Made by a program: the position numbers and the translations under genes
Notes under the pieces: generated by a model
Databases searched by the model: none
What the model saw: only the letters and a program-made list of their open reading frames with translations
Told to the model about the DNA's origin: nothing
Assembly: GCA_964016885.1 (NCBI GenBank)
Contig: OZ024742.1
Span: forward strand, 26,598,001 to 26,662,000
Direction: 5' to 3'
Source: Eledone cirrhosa
Lineage: Eukaryota
DNA length: 64,000 bases
Part shown: piece after piece, positions 24,041 through 42,020 of the stretch
Numbering within the stretch: position 1 is the first letter of the stretch
How the letters are laid out: each line of letters starts with the position of its first letter

Positions 24041-26221
24041 TTAATTGTAAGTTGTGATGTTGCTGTTCCACTCATATTTTCTATTTAATTTGGGTTGTAA
24101 TTCTTTTATGCTTACTGCCTCTGTAATTTGCCTAAATATTGCATCTTTTCTGTATGTGGATTCTATTTTTATTTCTATGTTCTCTAATCTACCCCTGTGC
24201 TCTATCTTAGCATGTTGGTAGAGCACAGATGATTCTTTATTATCTTGAAGGTCTCGCCAGTGTTCATTTATTCGTTCCCCTATACTACGAGCTGTCTCAC
24301 CTATGTACTCTATATTTTTGTTTCTACATTGTCCTTCAGTACATCTTATGCTATACACTACATTTCTAGTTTTACAGTTAATATGGGGGCTTATTTTACA
24401 GGTTATACATTTCTTATCTATACATGAGGGTCTTTGGAACGGGTATGTCTTGCTAATAAGTGTTTTTACGGAGGTACCTGGTCTCTCTACTATCTTAATA
24501 TTGAGTTTATGTTTATTTAGGGCCCTTCTAAATTTGTAGGCTAGTTCGCCTCTAGGGGTTGTATTGATGAACATTACACTCTGGTATTTATTGCTATCAT
24601 ACCATGAGTTTATTCTATTGGCCTTGTTCCTAGTTCTTTCTATTCTATTCCAAAATTTGCTCCTATACAAGGGGCAGGTCCCATTTATGTCATTATTTAC
24701 CATTTTTTCCCATTTGGTTCTGGCTCCTCTATACACTCTGATTCTATCTCTCTGATTATAGCCAGAGAACTGCATACGGTGGATGAAGTGTTGTATGTGT
24801 CTCTCTAGTTCTTCGGGGTTGCACATGCGGGATACATTTCTCATCACCCGTACCAAATCCGCAATCAGTATGTTGATTTTGGTATGGTCCGAAATGGCCG
24901 AGTTTCGGTGGATCACATGTTTAGAAGTTATGGGTTTGGCATAATGGGAATGGAGGATTTGTTTTTGGTTGTTAATGGTATCTAACCAGAGATTTGTGTC
25001 TAGTACAGGTAATCGATGGTTGGTGTGTCTACTTGGGTAGTCTATAGTAACTCTAATGCTCTGGTGGATGGAGTTTGCTATTTGCTGGATGCTTTCCATT
25101 GTGTTTTTCTCTAGTTCCTGACTGTTCTTTAGTGGGGGTGTCTTAACTACGATGTTTATATCATCTACGTAGCGGGAGTACATTATCAGGGTTAAGCTGT
25201 CTTCTAATTGTTCTTTAAGTTTTTGTTTAAGTCTACTGTCCCACCATACCATGAATAAGTTAGCTATGTCGCCTGCAATGCTAACACCAATGGCTGCTCC
25301 TTCCTCTTGGGCATATGTTTACCATTAAATTTGAACATATGTTCCTTAAGGGTTAATTTTATGCTGGCCCCTACCGCATGTGCAATCATTTTCTTCAGTT
25401 CATCGTGGTTTTCGGGTGTCCGTATGGCTCTGGTCCATCCGTTCCATCTATCTGTGTGGGTTTTCTTGGCCATTGAGGTAATGGTAGGTGGTCTGCCTCT
25501 TGCTGGTCTTGTAGGGCACAGGTTGCTAAGGTCATAAGTGTCTAGGTAACTATTACTATGGGTAAGCTTAAGTAGAAGTCCCAGCTCACTGGTATCAATC
25601 CCACGGAACTCAACCTTGCTCTCGCTGATCATTTCTACGCATTTCTCCACAGCACAATCCACGTCAATAGATGGATTCAGGGACACAACATCCATACTGC
25701 CTATTATGCAGTTTGTTAGGTCCCCAGATCGGTTACCCGCGCCGATTCTGCTGAGGAGGTCCTCCGTGCTGTCACATACATCTGGGGACATCTCAATGAT
25801 GGGGCGTATGATCAGTGAGAGGAAGTAGGATAGTCTGTAGTTACTAGCAATGTTAGCTCCACAGACTGGCCGGGTTGGTGGTCCCGCGACAGGGTCACAG
25901 CCCGTTTTATGGTCTTTTCGAAACCCATACAACGCCGGCACGTCATTGTTCCAGGCCTGGAAGTTGTTGGCAATCCTTTTGTTGGGCTGCATTATATTCG
26001 TCCACATCACCATATGGGCATTGAGGCTTTTTCTCTATCCTCATGCTCCTGTGGTGTTACCTCTCTTTTGTTAGTGATGTGAGGTTGCATTGCCTGGATG
26101 TAGTTTGGCAGGCTGTCAACCGACATTCTGCTAGACTTGTCTCTTGGAAAGCATGCTATCTTTCCATTACGCGAGCGCTGCATGAGCTTACGCAAGGCAT
26201 TTTCAGATTTTTCTCCCAGTT
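24041..26221 (-). pseudogene. Frameshifted RT-EN arm of PLE 2
   Basis: ORFs 26007-26195, 25264-26013 and 24041-25252 (YSRYVDD, VYSIRC...YIGETARS). Confidence 0.85.
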
Positions 26222-26981
26222 GAGAGACACATACAACACTTCATCCACCGTATGCCGTTCTCTGGCTACAATCAGAGAGATAGAATCAGAGTGTATAGAG
26301 GAGCCAGAACCAAATGGGAAAAAATGGTAAATAATGACATAAATGGGACCTGCCCCTTGTATAGGAGCAAATTTTGGAATAGAATAGAAAGAACTAGGAA
26401 CAAGGCCAATAGAATAAACTCATGGTATGATAGCAATAAATACCAGAGTGTTCATCAATACAACCCCTAGAGGCGAACTAGCCTACAAATTTAGAAGGGC
26501 CCTAAATAAACATAAACTCAATATTAAGATAGTAGAAAGACCAGGTACCTCCGTAAAAACACTTATTAGCAAGACATACCCGTTCCAAAGACCCTCATGT
26601 ATAGATAAGAAATGTATAACCTGTAAAATAAGCCCCCATATTAACTGTAAAACTAGAAATGTAGTGTATAGCATAAGATGTACTGAAGGACAATGTAGAA
26701 ACAAAAATATAGTGTACATAGGTGAGACAGCTCGTAGTATAGGTGAACGAATAAATGAACACTGGCGAGACCTTCAAGATAATAAAGAATCATCTGTGCT
26801 CTACCAACATGCTAAGATAGAGCACAGGGGTAGATTAGAGAACATAGAAATAAAAATAGAATCCACACACAGAAAAGATGCAATGTTTAGGCAAATTACA
26901 GAGGCAGTAAGCATAAAAGAATTACAACCCAAATTAAATAGAAAATATGAGTGGAACAGCAACATCACAACTTACAATTAA
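26222..26981 (+). pseudogene. EN-containing 3' fragment of the upstream tandem unit of PLE 2
   Basis: VVYSIRC..YIGETARSIGERINEH..RQITEA. Confidence 0.85.
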
Positions 26982-27196
26982 GGACAAAATGAAAACACAC
27001 ACACACATAGAACAAACAACCTACCAACAATAAATAAATAAATAAATAAATAAATAAACAAATAGATAAATGAACACAAACAAACACAGACACCCGGATG
27101 TGGCGCATGCGCAAACTGAGCACACAACACACACACAGAAACAAAATGGCGTAGGATAGAAGAAACGAAAGGCACAGAAACAAAGAAGGAATCCCC

Positions 27197-27241
27197 AGTC
27201 ACTGAAGAGGTCACAGAGTGTGTGACGAAAGGACTATGACT
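27197..27241 (+). ncRNA. Minimal type I hammerhead in the PLE 2 pLTR; copies at 31284-31328 (+) and 23788-23832 (-)
   Basis: AGTCA-CTGAAGA-G GTCACA gagtg TGTGAC-GAAAG GA CTA-TGACT. Confidence 0.75.
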
Positions 27242-27381
27242 ATATATAAACAACTATCTGGTTGTGGAACCAACCAACCAACCAGAAATTTATAAGTTTG
27301 TAGATTTGTAAATTTATAAATTTATAAATATATAATAAATTGAAGTGAAAGCAACTGGTGCGTGTGTTTCTTATTGGCAAC

Positions 27382-30300
27382 ATGACGCTCCCAAAGTATA
27401 ACAATATCGGTTTCAACACACGATTTCAGATAAAGAATCTTGCTAAACAAATTCAGAAACGAAATATCGTAAGCCTTAGCCAGGCTAACAAGATACTGAA
27501 AACCACCATGTTCTGTTGTCTACGAAAAACCATAACACCTCGACAACTACACTTCATAAAGCTGTGCGCCACTTCCAGAATCTACACCAACACCATCAAT
27601 ACCGACGTTAGAAGATTACAACTCACCAAAAAACAAGCAGATAGGCTAAAACGAACTTTAATTCTAAACATAAAAAAGAAGATCTATAGAGAATTAAGTC
27701 ATCAAGAAAAAACAAAAGCGTAACCTAATACAAGAAATAGCTAAAATCACCACACCAACAGAAAAACTAATATTTATAAGCCTTATACGCCCCGAAGAAC
27801 AGTACATTACTCAAGAATGTGATAAGCACTTTAACAGGAAACTAAAGTGTTTAAACAGGCGAAGCTAAGTCAGGATACTATAGAGTATACCAATAGATAT
27901 CCCGACAAAATTGACGGTATCAACATGGCCGACACCTCATTATCAGAAGAGTTCAACAACAAAAACACCATAATTTATGGGAACACAAACATAGATAATG
28001 ATGAAATGTCTGTGTTATGTCTGCCGCCCAAATTTGCGACATTCAAGAAGGTAAATATGATTAGTTGTCTGTCAGAAATAGAAAAATCATTTACAAAACT
28101 ACGCTGGAGCATCAAAAACAAAAGCAACAATATACGCACACACATATACAACACACATCCCAACAACAACAGACACACAGACACAAACAACAATAACAAC
28201 AACACACACATCAACAACAACAACAATAGTAACATACCCAGAAACAACAACAACAGACACGCAAACACAAACAACAATAACAACACACACAACAACGATA
28301 ACACACACGGAGACAACAACAACACACGTCAACAACAGCACACATCAACAACAACAACACACACGCATTCAATGCCTCTCACCTCCACCACAATCTTAAC
28401 AAACACACAGACACAGAAAACATGTAATGACAGTAGCACAGAAATCAGAGAAATAAGGGAAAGAAATAAGATTAAAAGGAAAAGGAGATGGGAGACTAAG
28501 GACAAAGAGAATAACCAAGACGAACACACAAACACACAAAATAGGGTAGATAACAACATTGAGCCAGTGGAAAGAGACAGGAGTAATTATGAGAGACATA
28601 GAAACAACCATGAGGCTGTTGGTGGAAATAGAAATAGAAACAACACAACTAACAATAACAATAGCACTAGTACACATAAAGCAGCAGCCTGGAACTCTCC
28701 GTTTTATAATCCCTCCGATAAATCATTCGACCTGCGACGAGTCCACGCCACGACTTTACCATTTAACAAACGCACGCAGTTGCCGTCGCAGGTCGATGAA
28801 CAAACAGAAGCACAATTTAGTATAGATAAATCCGAACTTAGAAATATTATAGAACAATATAGCAAGAAGCATAATAGAATAGAGGCCCAACAACTGGGAG
28901 AAAAATCTGAAAATGGCTTGCGTAAGCTCATGCAGCGCTCGCGTAATGGAGAGATAGCATGCTTTCCAACAGACAAGTCTGGCAGAATGTCGGTTGACAG
29001 CCTGCCAACCTACATCCAGGCAATGCAACCCCACATCACTAACACAAGAGAGGTAACACCACAGGAGCATGAGGATAGAGAAAAAGCCCTCAATGCCCAT
29101 ATGGTGATGTGGACGAGTATAATGCAGCCCAACAAAAGGACTGCCAACAACTTCCAGGCCTGGAACAATGACGTGCCAGCGTTGTATGGGCTTCGAAAAG
29201 ACCATAAAATGGGCTGTGACCCTGTCGCGGGACCACCAACACGGCCAGTCTGTGGAGCTAACATTGCTAGTAACTACAGACTGTCCTACTTCCTCTCCCT
29301 GATCATACGCCCCATCATTGAGATGTCCCCAGATGTATGTGACAGCACGGAGGACCTCCTCAGCAGAATCGGCGCGGGTAACCGATCTGGGGACCTAACA
29401 AACTGCATAATAGGCAGTATGGATGTTGTGTCCCTGTATCCATCTATTGACGTGGATTTTGCTGTGGAGATATGCGTAGAAATGATCAGCGAGAGCAAGG
29501 TTGAGTTCCGTGGGATTGATACCAGTGAGCTGGGACTTCTACTTAAGCTTACCCATAGTAATAGTTACCTAGACACTTATGACCTTAGCAACCTGTGCCC
29601 TACAAGACCAGCAAGAGGCAGACCACCTACCATTACCTCAATGGCCAAGAAAACCCACACAGATAGATGGAACGGGTGGACCAGAGCCATACGGACACCC
29701 GAAAACCACGATGAACTGAAGAAAATGATTGCACATGCGGTAGGGGCCAGCATAAAATTAACCCTTAAGGAACATATGTTCAAATTTAATGGTAAAACAT
29801 ATGCCCAAGAGGAAGGAGCAGCCATTGGTGTTAGCATTGCAGGCGACATAGCTAACTTATTCATGGTATGGTGGGACAGTAGACTTAAACAAAAACTTAA
29901 AGAACAATTAGAAGACAGCTTAACCCTGATAATGTACTCCCGCTACGTAGATGATATAAACATCGTAGTTAAGACACCCCCACTAAAGAACAGTCAGGAA
30001 CTAGAGAAAAACACAATGGAAAGCATCCAGCAAATAGCAAACTCCATCCACCAGAGCATTAGAGTTACTATAGACTACCCAAGTAGACACCCCAACCATC
30101 GATTACCTGTACTAGACACAGAGCTCTGGTTAGATACCATTAACAACCAAAAACAAATCCTCCATTCCCATTATGCCAAACCCATGACTTCTAAACACCT
30201 GATCCACCGAAACTCGGCCATTTCGGACCATACCAAAATCAACATACTGATTGCGGATTTGGTACGGGTGATGAGAAATGTGTCCCGCATGTGCAACCCC

Positions 30301-31075
30301 GAAGAACTTGAGAGACACATACAACACTTCATCCACCGTATGCAGTTCTCTGGCTACAATTAGAGAGATAGAATCAGAGTGTATAGAGGAGCCAGAACCA
30401 AATGGGAAAAAATGGTAAATAATGACGTAAATGGGACCTGCCCCTTGTATAGGAGCACATTTTGGAATAGAATAGAAAGAACTAGGAACAAGGCCAATAG
30501 AATAAACTCATGGTATGATAGCAATAAATACCAGAGTGTAATGTTCATCAATACAACCCCTAGAGGCGAACTAGCCTAAAACTTTAGAAGGGCCCTAAAT
30601 AAACATAAACTCAATATTAAGATAGTAGAAAGACCAGGTACCTCCATAAAAAACACTTATTAGCAAGACATACCCGTTCCAAAGACCCTCATGTATATAT
30701 AAGAAATGTATAACCTGTAAAATAAGCCCCCATATTAACTGTAAAACTAGAAATGTAGTGTATAGCATAAGATGTACTGAAGGACAATGTAGAAACAAAA
30801 ATATAGTGTACATAGGTGAGACAGCTCGTAGTATAGGGGAACGAATAAATGAACACTGGCGAGACCTTCTAGATAATAAAGAATCATCTGTGCTCTACCA
30901 ACATGCTAAGAGAGAGCACAGGGGTAGATTAGAGAACATAGAAATAAAAATAGAATCCACATACAGAAAAGATGCAATATTTAGGCAAATTACAGAGGCA
31001 GTAAGCATAAAAGAATTACAACCAAAATTAAATAGAAAATATGAGTGGAACAGCAACATCACAACTTACAATTAA
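27382..31075 (+). pseudogene. Full-length PLE 2 polyprotein (N-terminal domain, Asn/Thr/His-rich linker, RT, GIY-YIG), with stops at 27721, 30361, 30577 and a frameshift near 30647
   Basis: ORFs 27358 and 27847 are in one frame; PTDKSG, YGLRKDHK, RPVC, GSMDVVSLYPSI, GAAIG, RYVDD, LPVLD, YIGET. Confidence 0.88.
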
Positions 31076-31493
31076 GGACAAAATGAAAACACACACACAC
31101 ATAGAACAAACAACCAACCAACAATAAATAAATAAATAAATAAACAAATAGATAAATGAACACAAACACACACAGACACCCGGATGTGGCGCATGCGCAA
31201 ACTAAGCTCACAACACACACACAGAAACAAAATGGCGTAGGATAGAAGAAAGGAAAGGCACAGAAACAAAGAAAGGAATCCCCAGTCACTGAAGAGGTCA
31301 CAGAGTGTGTGACGAAAGGACTATGACTATATATAAACAACTATCTGGTTGTGGAACCAACCAACCAACCAGAAATTTATAAGTTTGTAGATTTGTAAAT
31401 TTATAAATTTATAAATATATAATAAATTGAAGTGAAAGCTACTGGTGCGTGTGTTTCTTATTGGCAACATGACCCTCCCAAAGTATAACAATA

Positions 31494-31551
<58 letters not shown>

Positions 31552-31669
31552 TTCAGTCAAGTTGAGAAAATAATTGTGCATTTAATAAAATGGGGCTTAA
31601 GCTCAATGCGATTTGATAATCTGTAGGTGGGAAGGTTGTAGATTATCTGGAGTTGATATATTTATATCA

Positions 31670-32580
31670 CTCTCAAGTTCTACTAGTAACATTTAACCCA
31701 GTATAACCTTTCTCATGGTCGGGTAGTCGGCGGCTAAACCGGCAACTCCACAAAGCTTCCTTCGTGAGGAGGGTGATATTTGGACACTCTGCGGAGTGAA
31801 ATACAGGACCCGGTGAAGGGCGAAGGAACTCAGTAGAGTCAACGGCCATCCAAATAGTAAATTTTGTCCACGTGGGAGTGAAAGGTCCCCAGATGTTTTA
31901 CAACGCCTTTCTTAGAGAGGGAAACTCTGAAAAAGAAAACACCTGCGGCTTCGGAATCACCGTATGATGTCTACAAGTTCTCCTATTCGGGTAGTGTCTC
32001 CGATGCTCAGGGAGTAGGATTGGTCGAGTGCAAGGTCTTTCCCACTTAAAAACCTTCAAAGCACAGGCCTTGCTTTTTCAGGATCTCTTACAATCGATTT
32101 TAATACTCTTGACAAATATGATGGCTGGAAATGTGTCAAGAGTATTAAAATCGATTGTAAGAGATCCTGAAAAAGAAAGGCCTGTGCTTTGAAGGTTTTT
32201 TAAGTGGGAAAGACCTTGCAGTCGACCAATCCTACTCTCTGAGCATCGGAAACACTACTCGAAAAGGAGAACTTGTCGGCATCATACGGTGATTCCGAAG
32301 CCGCAGGTGTTTTCTTTTTCAGAGTTTCCCTCTCTAAGAAAGGCGTTGTAAAACATCTGGGGACCTTTTACTCCCACGTGGACAAAATTTACTATTTGGA
32401 TGGCCGTGGACTCTGCTGAGTTCCTTCACCCTTCACCGAGTCCTATATTTCACCCCGCAGAGTGTCCAAATATCCCCCTCCTCACCAAGGAAGCTTTGTG
32501 GAGTTGCCGCTTTAACCGCCGACTACCCGACCATGAGACAGGTTATACTGGGTTAAATGTTACTAGTAGAACTTGAGAGT
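31670..32580. repeat. ~440-bp-arm fold-back of an RTE-5'UTR-like sequence
   Basis: Centre ctcttgaca-aatatgatggctggaaatg-tgtcaagag (~32125); arms share catggtcgggt and aacggccatcca with 60220-60350. Confidence 0.85.
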
Positions 32581-32600
32581 GTTCTGACACATATATATAT

Positions 32601-32638
<38 letters not shown>

Positions 32639-32647
32639 ACACACACA

Positions 32648-32682
<35 letters not shown>

Positions 32683-32979
32683 ACATAATAAATACAAAGA
32701 CAGAAATCCTGAAATCTGAAGATTTTATAGTTAGATATATAAATAGATAGATAGCTATATCGGTTTTGAATTTGTCATGTTCTTTTCTACATGTCCTAAA
32801 CTGCAATGGGACTTGACGGGAAATATTGCGACCTGGAGTACATTATTCTACTATAAAACCCAGCTGCCGACATCACCCAAGCTGTTTCTAAATTTTGGTT
32901 GGCTGAGATTTAATTTTTATCCAATTTTCTCGTCGAAATTTTCTGTCTTAATGTTGTCATATATAACTCTATTATATTG

Positions 32980-33160
32980 TGGATTGGCAGTATCGGTAGA
33001 AGTTCGACGCCATGCTTTGACGCATAGAGTTACGGCCCTTGCCATTCTGAGTTCAAATCCTGCCGAGGTTAACTTTGCCTTTCATCCTTACGGGGTCGAT
33101 AAAATAAAGTACCAGTAATGTACTGGGTAATATCTGGCCTTGTGCTAATAGTAGAAACTA
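32980..33160 (+). mobile_element. tRNA-derived SINE
   Basis: Family consensus. Confidence 0.85.
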
Positions 33161-33409
33161 TTATATTGAATTACCTTTATATCCTAAACCAGTAAAAATA
33201 TTTCTGAAGATACAAGTTTCCATTGGAACATTTGCTGGTTAGTTGTATTTCCAGTAGTAAGAAAAACAAAATAGCGTAGGCGAATGCGTTTGTAAAACAG
33301 ATCGTTCGATTTTCTATCGATATCCAGAAGTGAAAACTAGATGGAAAACTACACCCACCCACGCATTCATGCACAATATCAAACACTCACACACACACAC
33401 CCCACAAAT

Positions 33410-33479
<70 letters not shown>

Positions 33480-33485
33480 ACACAG

Positions 33486-33532
<47 letters not shown>

Positions 33533-34079
33533 TGTATATAAACACACAAACACACACACGCAAGCACACATATATAAACACACGCGCCACCTACAAATTC
33601 ACATTTCCTTTCTGCCCCCTACTTAGAATCATGATTGCTTTGAAAATATTTACTCGAAATGCCGCCATTGGCATCACTCAGTTAATGCTCTAAGCCATTT
33701 TATTTTTAGTTATGCAGATAATCATTGGTCAAAACGTACCTACATCGAGTAAAAATGTAATGTCCGACCCACAAGAAAGTCTTTACTACACTGCCCAATA
33801 TAACAGACAAAGCACATGTATAGTTGCCCATTACCTGTCCTTGGATACACATAATACTAACACATCTTATGGCAACTGCGTGAACATAGCAAGCAGTCAC
33901 TAACGCTTGTATTATGTTAGTCACTAATCGAATTTCAATAACAAGCCATATTTCTATAAGTTTTCGAATACATTGGTAAACTTTCTTCCTTCAGTTGAAT
34001 AATATGCAACTCAAAACAGAATAATGATTCGAAAGCTTCTTTTACAAAATCATGCATACATATATATATATATATATAT

Positions 34080-35689
<1,610 letters not shown>

Positions 35690-35874
35690 GTATGTGTATG
35701 TATGTATGTATGTATACATATATATATATGTATATGTATGTGTGTGTGTGTATGTATGTATATATATGTGTGTTTGAGTGTGTGTGTATATGTGAGTATA
35801 GGTGTATGGGTGTTTATATATGAGTGTGTGTACATGTATGAGGAGTGTACATATATACACACACATATATATGT

Positions 35875-38853
<2,979 letters not shown>

Positions 38854-38933
38854 AAAAAGGGATGAAATCGAAAATGCAACTGAAGTCTTATTTTTTTATT
38901 TTTTTTTTTTTAAATATATATATTTATTTGGTT

Positions 38934-38971
38934 CCTTTACCGGTTTCGCAGTTCTTCTGCTTTTCAAAAGG
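38934..38971 (-). ncRNA. Minimal type I hammerhead, U3-A8 core variant
   Basis: CCTT-TTGAAAA-GCAG aagaa CTGC-GAAAC CG GTA-AAGG. Confidence 0.75.
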
Positions 38972-39482
38972 TGAGTTGAGATGGAGGGTCTGTGGTTTTT
39001 CTCACATCTGGTTGGTCTCTAAATGTTACTTGTTTTATATGGAAAAAGTGGCTTGAAAACCAGGTTTTTCGAGAAGTAATTTGATTGGTTTGTCAATAAT
39101 TATAATAAATTTCGCGCCAGTTCGCGTTACAATAGTTCTTCAAATAAGAGAGGGGGGGTTGTCACAGGTTGTTTTTTCATATATGAGTGTTTGAATTTCT
39201 TTTTACTTGAAAAAATGAGGCTCACGAAGGCTTTTTTTTTGGTTGGTTATAAATGAAATTTGGCTGTCACGTGAACAAGTTTTCATTACATTTTTGCGCC
39301 CTTATTTGGAAAACTATTCTGTAGTCTTTGTAGTGAATGTTATGACTATGGACAGATAGTGGTCAAGGGAAAAGGGATTGGGAGAAATGTTCTGGTTCAG
39401 TGAATATGGCCAGCTGTCAGAGTTCAGGTGTCAGAGTTCAGATTTTCTATTGAGACTGAAGATATGTGTTTATTTGTGTGCT

Positions 39483-39515
<33 letters not shown>

Positions 39516-40006
39516 ATGTGTGTATTGGAAGATGATTCTATTAGTAGAGATGGGGGAGGGAGTTGTGTGTGTGTGTATATGGGTGTTATGTGTGTGTGTG
39601 CGAGTATGTTAGATAGAGAGAATATATATTGTTTGTGTGTGTGTATATATATATGTGTGTAGGAAAGTGGTTCTATTAGTAGAAATGGGGAGGGTGTTGT
39701 AGGTGTGGGGGGTTTTATGTGTGTGTATGGGTGTTATGTGTGTGGGAGTATGGTTAGTATGTTAAGATGAAGAGAATATATATATATATATATATATATT
39801 GTGTGTGTGTATGTGTGTGTGTAGGAAAATGATTCCTTTAGTAGGAATATTTTTGAATGAACATATATTCCTGACTTTTTCGTGTTTGCTGTTGTATTGC
39901 CAGTGCAAACGTATGTTTAAGGTTTATTTAGTTCGGGTTTTTATTTTCTAAAGTAGGTGTTATGTGTGTGTGTGTATGTCATATTGTGGTGTTGACATAA
40001 TGTATA

Positions 40007-41897
40007 TTAAACCTTATTTAATGTTGGTCTATATTTTTGAATAAACATATTTTCCTTATTTATTCGCATTTGTTCTGTTGTATTGTTAGCGCAAAGGTAA
40101 AATGGGAAGACTTGGAATTTGGGTGTCTTATTACTTGCGCAAATGTCTAGATGTGCACTTAGTGGTATTTGTCTCGTGGTTGGATCTCGTAATTGTTGGC
40201 GATGAACTGTCATTCTGTTTCTGAGTGTGAGTTTAGTTTGTCCTATATAATCTTCATTGCATCCTTTACATTTAATGGCATAAATTAGATTTTTTGATGA
40301 GCAAGTGAAGTGATTTTTTACAGTAAAATTTTGTCCTGATTTAAATGTATACGTGTTGCCTTCAATGAGGTGAGTGCAGGTTCCACAATTAGAGCGACCA
40401 CATTTTTTGATACTTGGTTGTGGGTTTGTGGTAGGTAATTTGGCATTGGTGAGTAATGTTTTCAGTGATTTTGGTTGTCTTTTGCTTTTGATTATTTTGT
40501 GTGTTTCAAGGGCTTTTTTCATTCTTGGGTTTTGTTTTAGTAGTGGGATGTTATTGTGAATAGTGTTGTAAGCTTCCGCATTTCTTGGGTTGTGTGTTGA
40601 GATATATGATAGAATATTGGACGTACCTTGAATTTGTTTCTGTTTCCGTAATTCATCAATGCCTATTGCTTTAGCCCTTTCTATTCCATTATTTATTAGT
40701 AATAGTGGGTACTCTCTCTCAAGTAGAATTTCCTTTAATTCTTGAAGTCTTTTATTTCGCGTTTCATAATTGGAGACAATTGTGCAAATTCTTCTTGCTA
40801 GGTTAAAAGGAATGTTCGTCTTCGTGTGCTTTGGATGGTTGGAGGTGAATAGCAGATATTGTTTGGAATCTGTTGGTTTGTAGTGTATGTCAGTTTCGAT
40901 ATTTGTGTCTTTTTTTGTGATTAAGATGTCCAGAAATGGGAGTTGATCTTGGCTGTATTCCATTGTGAATTGGATGTGGTTATTGATGCCGTTTATTAAG
41001 TTTTTGAAATCCTTCAGTTGGTCGAGTGTGTGGGACCAAAGAATGAGGCAATCATCCAAGTAGCGTTTCCAATTATCTGATAAATATTTGTGGAAGTTCA
41101 ATCCGTATTTTGATTTGGACTGTTCATATATCTGGACTTCTAAGTATGCCATGACTAAGTTGGCATAAGTTGGAGCGGCTTTTGTGCCCATCGCAGTCCC
41201 CGATATTTGCTTGTAAGTATTGCCATCGAAATCAAAAAAGTTGTTCTGTAGGATGAATGTTAATCCCTCGGTGATGAAGCTTTTTTCTATTCTGTCAGGT
41301 ATCTCATTGGGATATTTCTCTAGCCAGAATCCTATTGCTTCTAGTCCGTATTGGTGTGGGATCGTTGTGTAGAGATTCACTACATCGAAAGACACAATAA
41401 TAGTGTCGTTGTTGACATGTTTGGGGAGGTGGTTTAAGAGGTCCAGATCGTCTCTTACAAGGCTTGGTATGTGTTTCAGTATTGGTTTCAGTAGTATGTC
41501 TATAAAGTTGCTCAATCTGTGTGTTTCACATTGTGGGCCCGCTACAATTGGTCTTAATTTAAGGTCTGTGGAGTATTGTGTGTTCACGCAGGCTGAGGTG
41601 GATTGTTTACAGGCATCGTTGATTATTTTACATTTGTGGATTTTCGGAAGTCCGTAAAGGTTGCTGGTTTTGTATTCAAAATTTGTTAAATAATCGCGTT
41701 CCTTTTTAGTTAGGTCTTCCTGGTATCGATAAATCAGTGTGTTTAATTTGGTCATTATTTTTGATTGCTGGTAGTTTTTTACTCTTTCATAGTAATTAGC
41801 ATTTTGTAAGAGAGAGAACATAGAATTTTTATATTTTTCAGCCTCCATAATGACAACAGTACTTCCCTTGTCCGCTTCCTTAATTACAATGTCCGGA
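40007..41897 (-). CDS. PLE reverse transcriptase, Cys-rich linker and GIY-YIG endonuclease (N-terminus missing)
   Basis: [67 protein letters not shown]. Confidence 0.9.
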
Positions 41898-41906
41898 TAT
41901 ATATAT

Positions 41907-41986
<80 letters not shown>

Positions 41987-41989
41987 GTG

Positions 41990-42020
<31 letters not shown>

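Larger units (their letters stand above)
23567..31493. mobile_element. Penelope-like element 2: minus arm 26221-23567; plus partial tandem 26222-31493 (EN, pLTR, full ORF, pLTR); both ends in (TA)n
   Basis: Three near-identical EN plus pLTR copies and two RT copies. Confidence 0.93.
38851..41897 (-). mobile_element. 5'-truncated Neptune-like PLE in (TA)n
   Basis: Uninterrupted RT-EN ORF, long pLTR, HHR near the 3' end. Confidence 0.92.
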
